Virus record (IMG/VR): IMGVR_UViG_3300044970_001522
Span: 22,278 to 86,277 of that record
DNA length: 64,000 nucleotides
Source: a virus
Lineage: Duplodnaviria > Heunggongvirae > Uroviricota > Caudoviricetes
Strand: one strand, 5' to 3'
The position numbers were made by a program, and so were the translations under genes. The notes beneath the pieces are model-generated. The model saw only the letters and a list, made by a program, of their open reading frames with translations, ran no database searches and was not told the origin of the DNA. This document shows, in pieces, positions 1 through 9,350 of this stretch. The first letter of the stretch is position 1. Each line of letters starts with the position of its first letter.

Positions 1-2
1 AA

Positions 3-224
3 TTGTGCGAAGCACGGCTTTCTCAGGGATGGTCCAAGCAGGACATTGCGTTTGCCGCACAAATACCCGTAGAACTTCTTCGAAAAATTGAGCGTGGATC
101 CAAGGTAGACGTGGGATTTGTGGCAGATGTTGCAAGAGTGCTCGGGATTGTACTCACAATATTGCCTTTCCGTTCAACACCGTTTTTTACCGTCGAATGT
201 AATTCTCTTGAGGTTAATCCATGA
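3..224 (+). CDS. HTH (XRE-like) DNA-binding protein, 5'-truncated at window edge
   Basis: ORF runs off the window start; helix-turn-helix-like stretch QDIAFAAQIPVELLRKIERG. Confidence 0.35.
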   Translation: MCEARLSQGWSKQDIAFAAQIPVELLRKIERGSKVDVGFVADVARVLGIVLTILPFRSTPFFTVECNSLEVNP

Positions 225-466
225 AAATGTTACAGCTTAAGCAGAAAGAACCCAACGGCTTCACCCTCTTGGAACTCGTAATTTGCGTGACCATCACTCT
301 CATACTCCTTTCTGTCTCATCGAGTTTACTATTCGGTAAAAGTCCGTACAGAATGAGTGACTGTGTTCGATCCGGGGGAAACTGGACCCAAGGTACGGAG
401 AACGGCAGCCCTGTCGCTCTTTGCACTTATGGCCCTGGCCATGGCTCCACAAGTCCTGAGAACTAA
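221..466 (+). CDS. prepilin-like protein (type IV pilin/pseudopilin N-terminal motif)
   Basis: N-terminus KQKEPNGFTLLELVICVTITLILL matches the G-F-T-L-[LI]-E prepilin cleavage/methylation motif followed by a hydrophobic helix. Confidence 0.45.
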   Translation: MKMLQLKQKEPNGFTLLELVICVTITLILLSVSSSLLFGKSPYRMSDCVRSGGNWTQGTENGSPVALCTYGPGHGSTSPEN

Positions 467-588
467 CACAACCACCGTAGTTGTAGCTCTAAGAGGGTTA
501 GCAAAGTTTTGCAAAGGTTCGCACCCTTACAACTACTTTCCGGGAATTGTAACCCGGTTCTGTACAGAAAACACACACAAAAACAAAC

Positions 589-1155
589 ATGACTTTTAAA
601 CTTATTGCCGCATTGGCAGTTGTCTCCTCCCTGTCAACCCCTGTATTGGCGTCCGAGGTTGGAAACTACGTCGGAGTTGGAGTGAATCTTAACCGCCAAG
701 GAGTTGACGGTACCGAGTACACTTCGAACCGCACCGTCGCTGGAGTTGCGGTTCAGTCGCGGTTCCGTCTGAGCGAGCCATCCAATGTATCCGCCTCTGT
801 TCGACCTTTCTTTAACTTTGCGGCTGGCCCCGACAGCCAAATTGGTACTGCCGCTGGTGTCCTTGGCACCGTTGATTTCTCCCTAACCGGACGCGAAGTT
901 GCTGATTCGTATATGAGTGACACGAACCTTTACGTTGGTGTGGGGGGTCAATGGGCGTTGACGAACAACGGACAAGCCAACTACCAGACAAGTGTAGGAC
1001 AAGGATCCCAGTTCCTCTTCGTTGCAGGTGTTGAGCGTTCCTTCTCGCCGTCTCTCGTCGGGTTCGCTGACGTGAAGTTCCCCACTCAAACGAATGGTGT
1101 TTCGGGGACGGCCTACGCACCTGTCGGCACCGTTGGCCTGGGATTCAAGTTCTGA
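589..1155 (+). CDS. secreted outer-membrane beta-barrel-like protein
   Basis: N-terminal signal peptide (MTFKLIAALAVVSSLSTPVLASE); alternating Gly/aromatic beta-strand pattern; C-terminal ...GLGFKF terminal Phe typical of OM beta-barrels; followed by a hairpin terminator. Confidence 0.4.
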   Translation: MTFKLIAALAVVSSLSTPVLASEVGNYVGVGVNLNRQGVDGTEYTSNRTVAGVAVQSRFRLSEPSNVSASVRPFFNFAAGPDSQIGTAAGVLGTVDFSLTGREVADSYMSDTNLYVGVGGQWALTNNGQANYQTSVGQGSQFLFVAGVERSFSPSLVGFADVKFPTQTNGVSGTAYAPVGTVGLGFKF

Positions 1156-1169
1156 TCCCCGTCTAATAA

Positions 1170-1196
1170 AAGGGAGGGTTACCCTCCCTCTTTCCT
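1170..1196 (+). terminator. hairpin (GGGAGGG-TTA-CCCTCCC) followed by a T-rich tail
   Basis: perfect 7-bp GC stem directly after the stop codon, then TCTTTCC. Confidence 0.45.
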
Positions 1197-1209
1197 TCAA
1201 AACCACAAA

Positions 1210-1578
1210 ATGACCAACTTTCGACAGGACATAAAAGAACGACTTGAGCGGTCTAAGTTGACAGAACTAGACCTTGAAGAAGCTTGTTGCAACTATGTTT
1301 ATTTGCAGCTGGGTGTAAACCCTTGCATGTCACTTAAGCAGTACTACGAGATGAAGGGAGTGTATGTAAACGACTACAGCGAGGATAGCGATGTCAATAA
1401 ACCTCTTTGGGTGGAACAGATTTACCACGTAATGTCATTTATAGAAATGACGCAGGCTGTTTCTGGTATGAAGAGCACCAAGACTGCCCGACAAATAGAC
1501 GAGATTTTGGCGCACAGGAAAATAGACGAGATTTTTAGGGCGGCAGCAGAGGAACCCTCACGGGTTGCCCCCGATTAA
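1210..1578 (+). CDS. hypothetical protein
   Basis: ORF between terminator and next promoter cassette. Confidence 0.3.
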   Translation: MTNFRQDIKERLERSKLTELDLEEACCNYVYLQLGVNPCMSLKQYYEMKGVYVNDYSEDSDVNKPLWVEQIYHVMSFIEMTQAVSGMKSTKTARQIDEILAHRKIDEIFRAAAEEPSRVAPD

Positions 1579-1596
1579 ACATACGGTGGGTCAAGG

Positions 1597-1642
1597 GGGG
1601 CGGTTTCCCGCCCTTGTTTCTGCATCGCAGAAACGCTATACT
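1597..1642 (+). promoter_or_regulatory. cassette promoter: GC palindrome + TTGTTT-N17-TATACT
   Basis: GGGGCGGTTTCCCGCCC, spacer palindrome TTTCTGCatcGCAGAAAC. Confidence 0.6.
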
Positions 1643-1665
1643 AAATCAGTTGAAGGACACCCGCA

Positions 1666-2034
1666 ATGACAAACCCGCAGTGGGACGACAAAGAGTACCG
1701 AGAAGCTTACATGGAAGCCTCCATTGAGCAAGCGATTTCCTGGCAAGTAAAAATAAACAGGCAAAAGCGAGGTCTGACAAAACAACAACTTGCAGATAAG
1801 GCTGGAGTTATAGTGGGAGTTATAGAGAGGTTAGAAGACCCCGAGATAAACGACCACAGCATAGATCTCCTGGTGAAAGTGGCCAAAGCTTTTGACTGTG
1901 CTCTCTCAATTAAGCTGCTCTCATACGAGCAACTCGCGCAAGAAAGTCTCGATTTGTCCGAAGAGACTCAGTATGTCCTGCCCTTTCGCACTCGCACCTC
2001 CCCGTTAACCCACTCGCCGGAGCAAACCCAATGA
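1666..2034 (+). CDS. HTH (XRE-family) transcriptional regulator
   Basis: QKRGLTKQQLADKAGVIVGVIERLE HTH motif; ATG 24 nt after the -10 of a cassette promoter. Confidence 0.5.
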   Translation: MTNPQWDDKEYREAYMEASIEQAISWQVKINRQKRGLTKQQLADKAGVIVGVIERLEDPEINDHSIDLLVKVAKAFDCALSIKLLSYEQLAQESLDLSEETQYVLPFRTRTSPLTHSPEQTQ

Positions 2035-2297
2035 AAACCCTCAGAGACAGAATCCAAGCACTTACCAAGCAAAACCTCCAACAACTAACCGAAGACTACG
2101 AACAGTTTGAGAGAGACGGGGCGATTGGTGACTGCTACCTTCGTTCAACTGCGAAAGAATTTGCAGAGTCTCTCGGGATACAGGTATCCGGCGTGTTGTG
2201 GATGGACAGGGTCGCCTTCGAGGCATACCGTGAGCTTTACTACCGAGTACTGCAGGACTTACCGTACGAGTGCAGCGGAAGTGGGTACACGGTCTAG
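2031..2297 (+). CDS. hypothetical protein
   Basis: ATGA-overlapped with upstream gene. Confidence 0.3.
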   Translation: MKTLRDRIQALTKQNLQQLTEDYEQFERDGAIGDCYLRSTAKEFAESLGIQVSGVLWMDRVAFEAYRELYYRVLQDLPYECSGSGYTV

Positions 2298-2311
2298 TTT
2301 CACCCCCGTAC

Positions 2312-2357
2312 GCGGCGGGAAACCGCCCTTTACCCCCACCCCTAAACAAGCTATAGT
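2312..2357 (+). promoter_or_regulatory. cassette promoter variant (TTTACC-N17-TATAGT)
   Basis: GGCGGGAAACCGCCC palindrome. Confidence 0.5.
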
Positions 2358-2379
2358 AAGCTCACACCGTAAAACAACA

Positions 2380-3321
2380 ATGCACGTGACCGAAACTGAA
2401 GAGTATCAGAAAACAGAGCCGATTGAGGTTTACTCGAATCGCGACGGACAAAACCTGTACAAGATTTCAAAGACCTCCTTTACGTTCAGTGCCGGTGAAA
2501 GGCAGGTTCGATTGCACGACACTCCCACGAGTTCGACTGACATTATCGTAGACGCAGACATACACAGCGGAGAAAGTTTCGCAGAACTTCTTCTGACTCT
2601 GTCGGCAATCAAAGACCTTCCTGTGCTGCGAAGTCTACAATTGGATATCCCGTACTTCCCTTATAGCCGCCAAGACCGCCAGTGCGCCGAAGGGGAAGCG
2701 TTTTCGCTAAGAACTTTTGTAAAAGCTCTCGCTCCCTACCTTGACGGGGTAGGCGATAGGGTGTACACATGGGACGTGCACAGCCACGTTGCAAATGAGC
2801 TCATTCGAACCGAAATCGGCTGCGAGTTCAACAACCTACAACCCCAACTGTTTCTCCAGAAGTTCAAAGACCGGGGGCAAGAGTTTAGTGCTAAGACAAT
2901 TGTGATTGCTCCGGATAAAGGTGCAGTCGAAAGAGCAACCCTCGTTCAACAAGCACTGGGACTCCACTCTGTAGTGTACGCTACGAAAGTTCGCAACCCC
3001 AAAGACGGGCAAATCCTAAGGACGGAAGTTCCAGAAGACGTCAGTTACAAGGGCAAAAACCTTCTGATTGTAGACGACATCTGCGACGGTGGTCGCACCT
3101 TTATCGAACTCGCCAAGGTGCTACGTCAGTTCGACCCGTCTCGAATTGACCTTTATGTCACCCATGGAATTTTCTCTAAGGGTTTTGAGGTGTTTGGGGA
3201 CTTGATTGACAACTTTTATGTTGCGAACTTACTACCAAACAGATCCTTCTACAAAGAGCTTCCCTCGAACTTGACCCACCTTCGCACCGAAAACTACCCC
3301 ACCCCACGCAACCAACCATGA
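2380..3321 (+). CDS. ribose-phosphate pyrophosphokinase (Prs) homolog; candidate ADPR-PP/PRPP synthetase
   Basis: Prs motifs DIPYFPYSRQDRQ (cf. PYFGYARQDR) and PRPP-binding loop NLLIVDDICDGGRTF; ATG 2380 follows promoter cassette (the track ORF starting at 2107 overlaps upstream gene and promoter). Confidence 0.6.
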   Translation: MHVTETEEYQKTEPIEVYSNRDGQNLYKISKTSFTFSAGERQVRLHDTPTSSTDIIVDADIHSGESFAELLLTLSAIKDLPVLRSLQLDIPYFPYSRQDRQCAEGEAFSLRTFVKALAPYLDGVGDRVYTWDVHSHVANELIRTEIGCEFNNLQPQLFLQKFKDRGQEFSAKTIVIAPDKGAVERATLVQQALGLHSVVYATKVRNPKDGQILRTEVPEDVSYKGKNLLIVDDICDGGRTFIELAKVLRQFDPSRIDLYVTHGIFSKGFEVFGDLIDNFYVANLLPNRSFYKELPSNLTHLRTENYPTPRNQP

Positions 3322-4832
3322 AAATTTTTGCGCCCCACGCAACCGACTTTTACAAGACGGGACACCCTTCGCAAAACCCTGAAGGCACCGAAGTAATCTA
3401 CGCCAACATGACGGCAAGGTCCGACCGTCTGGCGAACATGCCTGCTGATTTCGATCACAAGATCGTCGTGGCGAATGTCCAAGGGACAATGAAGTGGATG
3501 CTGAGGGATCTTTGGAATGAGACCTTTTTTCAGCAACCCAAGGCCAAGGTGTTGGATAAGTACAAACGGCGAATGGATTCATCCCTCGGCGAAGGTGTCG
3601 TAGGAACGGACCACATTGCTGAGCTTCACGACATGGGTTACATGCCGCTGCATGTGAAGGCACTACCCGAGGGCAGCCGTGTTAACATCGGAGTGCCGTT
3701 TCTGACGGCGCAAAACACACACAATGAGTTTAAGTGGCTGGCCCCGTGGTTAACCAACTATGTCGAAACCGCCAAGTCGTCTGAGCTGTGGAAGGCCATC
3801 AACGTGGCAACCATCGCCTACGAGTTTCGCCGTCTTCTCGACCACTACGCTGAAACCACAGGGAGTAATCCGCAGTTTGTTGACTTTCAGGGGCACGACT
3901 TCTCCGCTCGCGGAGTCGGAGGCATTCACGATGCCGCTGCGCACCAAATCGGCCACCTTTTTTCCTTCAAGGGCACGGACACAATCCTTTCCATTGATTA
4001 TTTGGAGGATTACTACGATTGCGGTTCCAATTTCATTGGGGGTAGTATTCCCGCTACGGAACACAGTGTGACCTGCCTTGGCGGTCAAAGAAACGAATTA
4101 GAGACAATTCGTCGAATTATTACAAAAGTATACCCAACTGGGCCGGTCAGTGTAGTTTTTGACACTTGGAACTACTGGGATGCACTGACTGTTATTGCAC
4201 CCGCACTTAAGGAAGACATCTTAAATCGTCGTCCGAATTCTCAGGGCATCGCTAAGGTCGTATTCCGTCCCGACAGTGGTGACCCTGAGAAAATCATCTG
4301 CGGTGACGCTGACGCTGAGCCAGGTAGCCGAGAGTACAAAGGTTCGCTTGAGCTTTTATGGGAGGTCTTCGGAGGAACGGTAAACGAGAAGGGTTTCAAG
4401 GTACTGAACCCTCGAGTTGGCTTAATTTACGGCGACTCAATCACTCTTCCACGGGCCAGGGCCATCCTGGAGCACATGAGGCAGCTTGGGTGGGCGTCCG
4501 AAAACATCGTGTTCGGTATCGGTTCCTACACCTATCAATACCATACACGGGACACGTTCGGTATCGCATACAAAACGACCTGGGGGCAAATTAACGGTGT
4601 CGCCGTTGAAACTATGAAGGACCCCATTACGGATCGCGGCACGAAAAAGTCGGCGTTGGGTCTACTGCGAGTTGAAAAGGATGGGGAGAACTTTGTTCTT
4701 CATCAACAGCAGACTCGTGAGCAAGAGCAGCGAGGCGAGCTTCGCACCGTGTTCTTAAACAGCGTGGTTTACGGGGAGGATGTAAACTCACTGCCTAACA
4801 TTCGTACTCGACTTCTCAACCCCGCAGCTTAG
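3318..4832 (+). CDS. nicotinamide phosphoribosyltransferase (NAMPT/NadV-like)
   Basis: 504 aa; NAMPT-like stretches (GTDTILSIDY, FGIGSYTYQYHTRDT, MKDPITDRGTKKSALGLLRV); ATGA-coupled to the Prs-like gene. Confidence 0.7.
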   Translation: MKIFAPHATDFYKTGHPSQNPEGTEVIYANMTARSDRLANMPADFDHKIVVANVQGTMKWMLRDLWNETFFQQPKAKVLDKYKRRMDSSLGEGVVGTDHIAELHDMGYMPLHVKALPEGSRVNIGVPFLTAQNTHNEFKWLAPWLTNYVETAKSSELWKAINVATIAYEFRRLLDHYAETTGSNPQFVDFQGHDFSARGVGGIHDAAAHQIGHLFSFKGTDTILSIDYLEDYYDCGSNFIGGSIPATEHSVTCLGGQRNELETIRRIITKVYPTGPVSVVFDTWNYWDALTVIAPALKEDILNRRPNSQGIAKVVFRPDSGDPEKIICGDADAEPGSREYKGSLELLWEVFGGTVNEKGFKVLNPRVGLIYGDSITLPRARAILEHMRQLGWASENIVFGIGSYTYQYHTRDTFGIAYKTTWGQINGVAVETMKDPITDRGTKKSALGLLRVEKDGENFVLHQQQTREQEQRGELRTVFLNSVVYGEDVNSLPNIRTRLLNPAA

Positions 4833-4842
4833 GCTTGGTACA

Positions 4843-4875
4843 AGGGGGTTTACACCCCCTGTTCCGGGGTATAAT
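4843..4875 (+). promoter_or_regulatory. variant promoter (GGGGGTTTACACCCCC palindrome + TATAAT)
   Basis: palindrome overlapping TTTACA -35; TATAAT 16 nt downstream. Confidence 0.4.
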
Positions 4876-4931
4876 TCTGAAAGAACTGACGTTCCCTCGT
4901 GCGATGGGGAAACACTTAAATCACCAAGGTC

Positions 4932-5522
4932 ATGGACTACAAGACAATCGCATACAAGAAAACCATTCTGGTTTTAAATGCCACGTACGAACCCTTGAAC
5001 CAGACCTCGTGGCGAAGGGCTAGAGTGCTTGTATTGAAGGACAAGGCCCATGTCGTGTCCAGCCGCACCATTCGCCTAAAGACATACGTTAAGGTTCCCC
5101 AAGCCAAGATGGCAGCGGCGAAGCCCTCTCGCACCTTGATTCTAAAACGGGACAATCACACCTGCCAGTATTGCGAGTACTCCGGTCCTAAACTAACACT
5201 GGATCACGTTTTACCAAAGTCAAGAGGTGGCCAAGACACGTGGCAAAACCTTGTCACCAGCTGCCTTGAGTGCAACAATTGCAAGGACAATCGCACCCCG
5301 GAAGAGTGGGCGGTTGCCCTGAAGAAGGTGTTTTCGAAGGAAACCACGAATGTTTCTTCACTGCCTTTTAGCTGGGATAGCTTTCAGATTGGGATGATGG
5401 AAACCCGCGTCACTCGACGTGGCACCACTCTCGCCTCAAAACCGAAGGCACCTTACAGCAAAATGTCCGTTACAATCAGCACGGCAGAAGTAGAAGAGTG
5501 GCGTGAGTACGTCTATGTCTGA
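4932..5522 (+). CDS. HNH endonuclease
   Basis: CQYCEYSGPKLTLDHVLPKSRGG...NLVTSCLECNNCK HNH/zinc-finger motif. Confidence 0.65.
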   Translation: MDYKTIAYKKTILVLNATYEPLNQTSWRRARVLVLKDKAHVVSSRTIRLKTYVKVPQAKMAAAKPSRTLILKRDNHTCQYCEYSGPKLTLDHVLPKSRGGQDTWQNLVTSCLECNNCKDNRTPEEWAVALKKVFSKETTNVSSLPFSWDSFQIGMMETRVTRRGTTLASKPKAPYSKMSVTISTAEVEEWREYVYV

Positions 5523-5899
5523 CTCTGGGCAGTGTATACGACACACCCACGAGGACCTAAAGGGGACATCCTGGTGCGGGAGAATCCTTTGTAGCTCCGA
5601 CTGGGTGTTTCAGAGTTTAGACCATGCTGCGTGCGCTCAAATGGGCGAGAGTTGCCAAGTTCCTTGCAAAAGGTGCCTAGAGACGGCTACGGAAGCATTG
5701 AGTGGGAGCTATACGCTACCCGCCCAGCAAAACAGCAACCCTGAGCAAACCACACCGGACGACTCCGTTCATGGGCATAAGATACTTGGAGAACTACAGA
5801 GAATTGTAGACCTTATTGGGGAAGGGCAGGTTAGACTGGATTCCACAACACAAGATATCACCTATAGTAATCTTTGGGACCTTTACGACTGAGTTCACC

Positions 5900-6178
5900 A
5901 TGTTAAATAAACGCCTACAAGAAATCCTAAGCCAGCACCCTGACGACTTCGAAGTTATCCTGGCTACTCGCAGAAAACACGGCTATTGCTTTGAGAACGA
6001 GTTTACTATAGACAACATGGAAGTAAATCATTGTAGCTATACCACAAAGTGGCAGAGTAACATCGATCACTATTCCTTCGTATACACTATATGTCAGTAT
6101 CGAGACGAAGTTGACGGTGAACTTGTTGACCTTGAAATTCCCATGGTAACAAAGAGAGTCATAGTTTTAGAGGCTTAG
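5900..6178 (+). CDS. hypothetical protein
   Basis: ATG in a ttcaccATG context just after the stop of the upstream ORF. Confidence 0.3.
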   Translation: MLNKRLQEILSQHPDDFEVILATRRKHGYCFENEFTIDNMEVNHCSYTTKWQSNIDHYSFVYTICQYRDEVDGELVDLEIPMVTKRVIVLEA

Positions 6179-6393
6179 TCTGTGCGAAAGGTTAAAGGAA
6201 TAGTAAAGGGAGCGAAGTTGCTGGCTGAACTCACCCTGTACTTTGCCGTGGCGTGCGGATCAGCTTATGGTGCCTTGAGACAGGGTTGGCCACCCGAGAT
6301 TCTGGCGGTGTCAGTAATTGCCGGCGGGTGGACTTACTTATTCTTGGACTCAGATGGCTACTAGCCCACATACTCGATTAACCGTTTGCTTTA

Positions 6394-6437
6394 GGGCGGT
6401 TCTCCGCCTTGTTTATGCTCCGAAAAAGCGGTAAAAT
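6394..6437 (+). promoter_or_regulatory. cassette promoter TTGTTT-N17-TAAAAT
   Basis: GGGCGGTTCTCCGCC. Confidence 0.5.
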
Positions 6438-6464
6438 AACCAAGTATCCAAGACCCATACAAAA

Positions 6465-6944
6465 ATGACACCTTCCCCTCTGTATAAATCCAGTGGTAGC
6501 TACTTTATTGACTTTCCACCCCTACCTGGAGAGGAGGAGGGATGCAATCACGTAGAAATATACGAGTACGACCACTGTGAGTGGTTCTGGTTGAACGAGG
6601 AAGAACACTCGGGTCCTTGGGGTAGCCTCAAAGAAGCTGAAGGGTCAGCACGTGGAATTTACGCAAGCAAGTGTTTGGAGAGAGTTCGCAACGATCTAAA
6701 AGACGCTTTTGAGCCCTTTAATGGCGAATGCTTAGATGCGTCTAACGTGGAAACCCTCAAGGACTCTCTACGAGACGTGATTGTAAAGTACATCCCACTA
6801 CCGTCTGTGCCAGTACTAAACTGGAAAGTTTTTTGCGACGATTCAAACAACTCTCCGCAAGATATCGGCAATGGCGTGATAAACGTTACAATCATCTGCT
6901 CAACCTCAAGAACCAGTAAACACGAGACCCCAAATGACCAGTAA
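6465..6944 (+). CDS. hypothetical acidic protein
   Basis: ATG downstream of cassette promoter at 6394-6437. Confidence 0.35.
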   Translation: MTPSPLYKSSGSYFIDFPPLPGEEEGCNHVEIYEYDHCEWFWLNEEEHSGPWGSLKEAEGSARGIYASKCLERVRNDLKDAFEPFNGECLDASNVETLKDSLRDVIVKYIPLPSVPVLNWKVFCDDSNNSPQDIGNGVINVTIICSTSRTSKHETPNDQ

Positions 6945-7326
6945 CAACGGAAATCAATCACCGTACACTCCACGAAAACCAGTTTTACCGACACCGCCAG
7001 TAGTGCGGTCAAATAAGTCTAGCCCTTACGACGCAAGCGGGAGACCTAAAGCAGAATGACACCAAATTCTCTTCAACTCACAATAAAAACATTTAACTAC
7101 TGGAAGAATTGGATTTCGGTACCACAGGAAACTACCCTTTGGGCCCTCAATTGTGACACTGAAGGTCTTTTCTGGCACGACGGCCACCACGCAACTTTCT
7201 GGTACCTGCTGAGTGTTTCGTGGTATGCCATGAACGATAAGCTTTACGCTTACACCGGCTGCAAAGAACCTTTTGACGGGTTGCTTCAGGACTTTGATCT
7301 TGACGAATACTACTCCTGACTTCACC

Positions 7327-7653
7327 ATGAACTTTCGAACCGCATGGCTTCGCTTTTACTACTCGGTAAAAGACTCTTTCGATGTGTTGGAGTGTCCTGA
7401 CGACTACGATCACAGTGAGTCAGCCTTACCTCCACATGTTGACTGCCGGTTTATCCACGTCAACTCGAGATCAGGTGCGCTAGGGAACTTTCGGTGGGTA
7501 AACTCAAACCCTTCCTCAGAGGGCTGTGTCAATACCTGGGGACGAATCATCTGGGCTGGACGATGGTCCCTGTTTGTTGTACCAGGTCGAATTCCCCGGT
7601 CCACGAGAAGCAAAAGACTCGAAGAGCTTCGGGCTCCGCGTTGGGGCGGTTAA
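7327..7653 (+). CDS. hypothetical protein
   Basis: ttcaccATG context after upstream stop. Confidence 0.3.
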   Translation: MNFRTAWLRFYYSVKDSFDVLECPDDYDHSESALPPHVDCRFIHVNSRSGALGNFRWVNSNPSSEGCVNTWGRIIWAGRWSLFVVPGRIPRSTRSKRLEELRAPRWGG

Positions 7654-7710
7654 CCGTTTGCTCCGGGGCGGTTTCCCCGCCTTGCCTTTCCGAGAGGAAA
7701 GCGGTATACT
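7643..7710 (+). promoter_or_regulatory. double cassette: GGTTAACC half-element + full promoter TTGCCT-N17-TATACT
   Basis: GGGGCGGTTAACCG then GGGGCGGTTTCCCCGCC; spacer CTTTCCgagaGGAAAG. Confidence 0.6.
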
Positions 7711-7738
7711 TAACTTGTGACCCCCAAAGACTCTTCAA

Positions 7739-8083
7739 ATGGCACAGAAACTTTTCAAAGTTGAGCGGTACGAATTTGACTTTGTGCTGGCCGAAGACGC
7801 AAAACAGGCCAGAGACTTTGAGATCGGGGACAGCGACCCGACAAAGACTGTGACTGAGATCACAGAGATGTCTCCCGAACAAGAGGGGTTTAAATGGAAC
7901 CCGTACGATGCTAGATCCCGCACTTGGGCTGACGAAACCTGCGGAGTATGGCTCAAGCGTACCGAAGGGGACCGTCTTCGTGAGAAAGAAGCAGAGCAAC
8001 TTGTAGGACTTGCCTTGTCTAAGCTTTCCTCAGTGGAGAAAGCCGCAGTTTTGGAATGGGCGTCGAAACAACCGAAGGTCTGA
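7739..8083 (+). CDS. hypothetical protein
   Basis: follows double promoter cassette 7643-7710. Confidence 0.35.
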   Translation: MAQKLFKVERYEFDFVLAEDAKQARDFEIGDSDPTKTVTEITEMSPEQEGFKWNPYDARSRTWADETCGVWLKRTEGDRLREKEAEQLVGLALSKLSSVEKAAVLEWASKQPKV

Positions 8084-8781
8084 CCTTTGCTCTGGTAACC
8101 TACTACAAGAAAGTGCCCAACCCAACTAGCGAAACCTTCGACAAGATCCTAAGCTTCGACCCTTTAGCCGCCGCCGAACGTTTAACCGAATCTTCCTACA
8201 AAGAGAGCCCAGGTACAGTGTCCCTTGGAATGGCAATGGCTCAGGAATACAATCGTCTAAAGTCCCGAGCTCTGTCTGAGACCAACGACACCTTCTTAGG
8301 CATTACTTTTGACGACTATCTTGGAGTCTTAGACAGCTTGGGGTTCAAAGAACTACTTTCCGGTGCTGTTCCTGGTACAGAGGACAAATGGGCAGTTTAC
8401 TGGAGGGATGGAGTTTTGGTTTTTTCCGACTCTTACGGTGGTGGAAAAAGTCTCAATAGTGGAAGGGCATATTTTAACTACTCACCCAAAAACAGCGAAA
8501 GTGCGTACTTGCCAGGGTTTAGCGGGTGTGCGGTTTTAGACGACAACGAAAGAGCGGTGTGGGCAGGGTACATTGACGTTGGAAAGGGCTTACGCCACCG
8601 CCTTACAACAATGGAACAGAACGGTCAGTTACTGAAAGGGTGGCTGAAGCAACCCTTTCTTTGGTTGTTGCACTACAATGACACAAAAGCTCCGGGATAC
8701 TCCTACGAGGATATAAACAAGCAAAGGTTGGAACAGCTCCCTGACGATGTGCAAAAAGCGATCCAAGGGCGGTTACCTTAA
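8056..8781 (+). CDS. hypothetical protein
   Basis: 241-aa ORF, + strand colinear. Confidence 0.3.
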   Translation: MGVETTEGLTFALVTYYKKVPNPTSETFDKILSFDPLAAAERLTESSYKESPGTVSLGMAMAQEYNRLKSRALSETNDTFLGITFDDYLGVLDSLGFKELLSGAVPGTEDKWAVYWRDGVLVFSDSYGGGKSLNSGRAYFNYSPKNSESAYLPGFSGCAVLDDNERAVWAGYIDVGKGLRHRLTTMEQNGQLLKGWLKQPFLWLLHYNDTKAPGYSYEDINKQRLEQLPDDVQKAIQGRLP

Positions 8782-8849
8782 ACCCGCACAAAAGTGTTCA
8801 GCATAGCTAGAGAAACCTTCAACGAGACTCCAAGGTACACAGCCACCGA

Positions 8850-9266
8850 ATGAAACTCCTAACCCACCAGAGAAACCACGACTCGAACTCACTAAGAGAC
8901 GACTTTCTCTTTGACGACGGAAACTTTTACCGCAGAGTAACTCCGAGAGGAGTGCGGGTCAGGACACCACCCGAATGGCTCAAGTCCACAGGTTATGTTA
9001 TCCACGGGTATTACCCTGTAGCCAACCCAAACAAAGTCAAAGATCTAGAAACAGCGTACCAACACTGGTTATCTCCCGCTAATTCAGAGAGACAAACTTA
9101 CAAGCCCATGGCAGCCCCGACGCTAGACCCGCAGCAGATTCAGCAACTTATTGAGGCAATTCAACAGCTTTCCGCAAAGCTCGACGCCCTTTCAGTCGTT
9201 GACCACACCGTGGACAAGATAACGGATAGCATTCTCACGTACAGTCTGCTTTTCCCGAAGATTTGA
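8850..9266 (+). CDS. hypothetical protein
   Basis: 138-aa ORF. Confidence 0.3.
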   Translation: MKLLTHQRNHDSNSLRDDFLFDDGNFYRRVTPRGVRVRTPPEWLKSTGYVIHGYYPVANPNKVKDLETAYQHWLSPANSERQTYKPMAAPTLDPQQIQQLIEAIQQLSAKLDALSVVDHTVDKITDSILTYSLLFPKI

Positions 9267-9282
9267 CACTATGGGCGCCGAG

Positions 9283-9325
9283 GACGGTTTCCACCCTTGT
9301 CTTTGCTCGGCAAAGACGGTATGAT
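9283..9325 (+). promoter_or_regulatory. cassette promoter TTGTCT-N16-TATGAT
   Basis: GGACGGTTTCCACCC; spacer TTTGCtcgGCAAAG. Confidence 0.5.
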
Positions 9326-9350
9326 TACTCTAGTAGAGATACTCGAACCA

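Noticed and set aside
2107-3321. Track ORF start at 2107 for the Prs-like gene (404 aa)
   Set aside because: The N-terminal 90 codons overlap the upstream gene and the promoter cassette 2312-2357. ATG 2380 after the -10 gives a normal-length Prs (313 aa).
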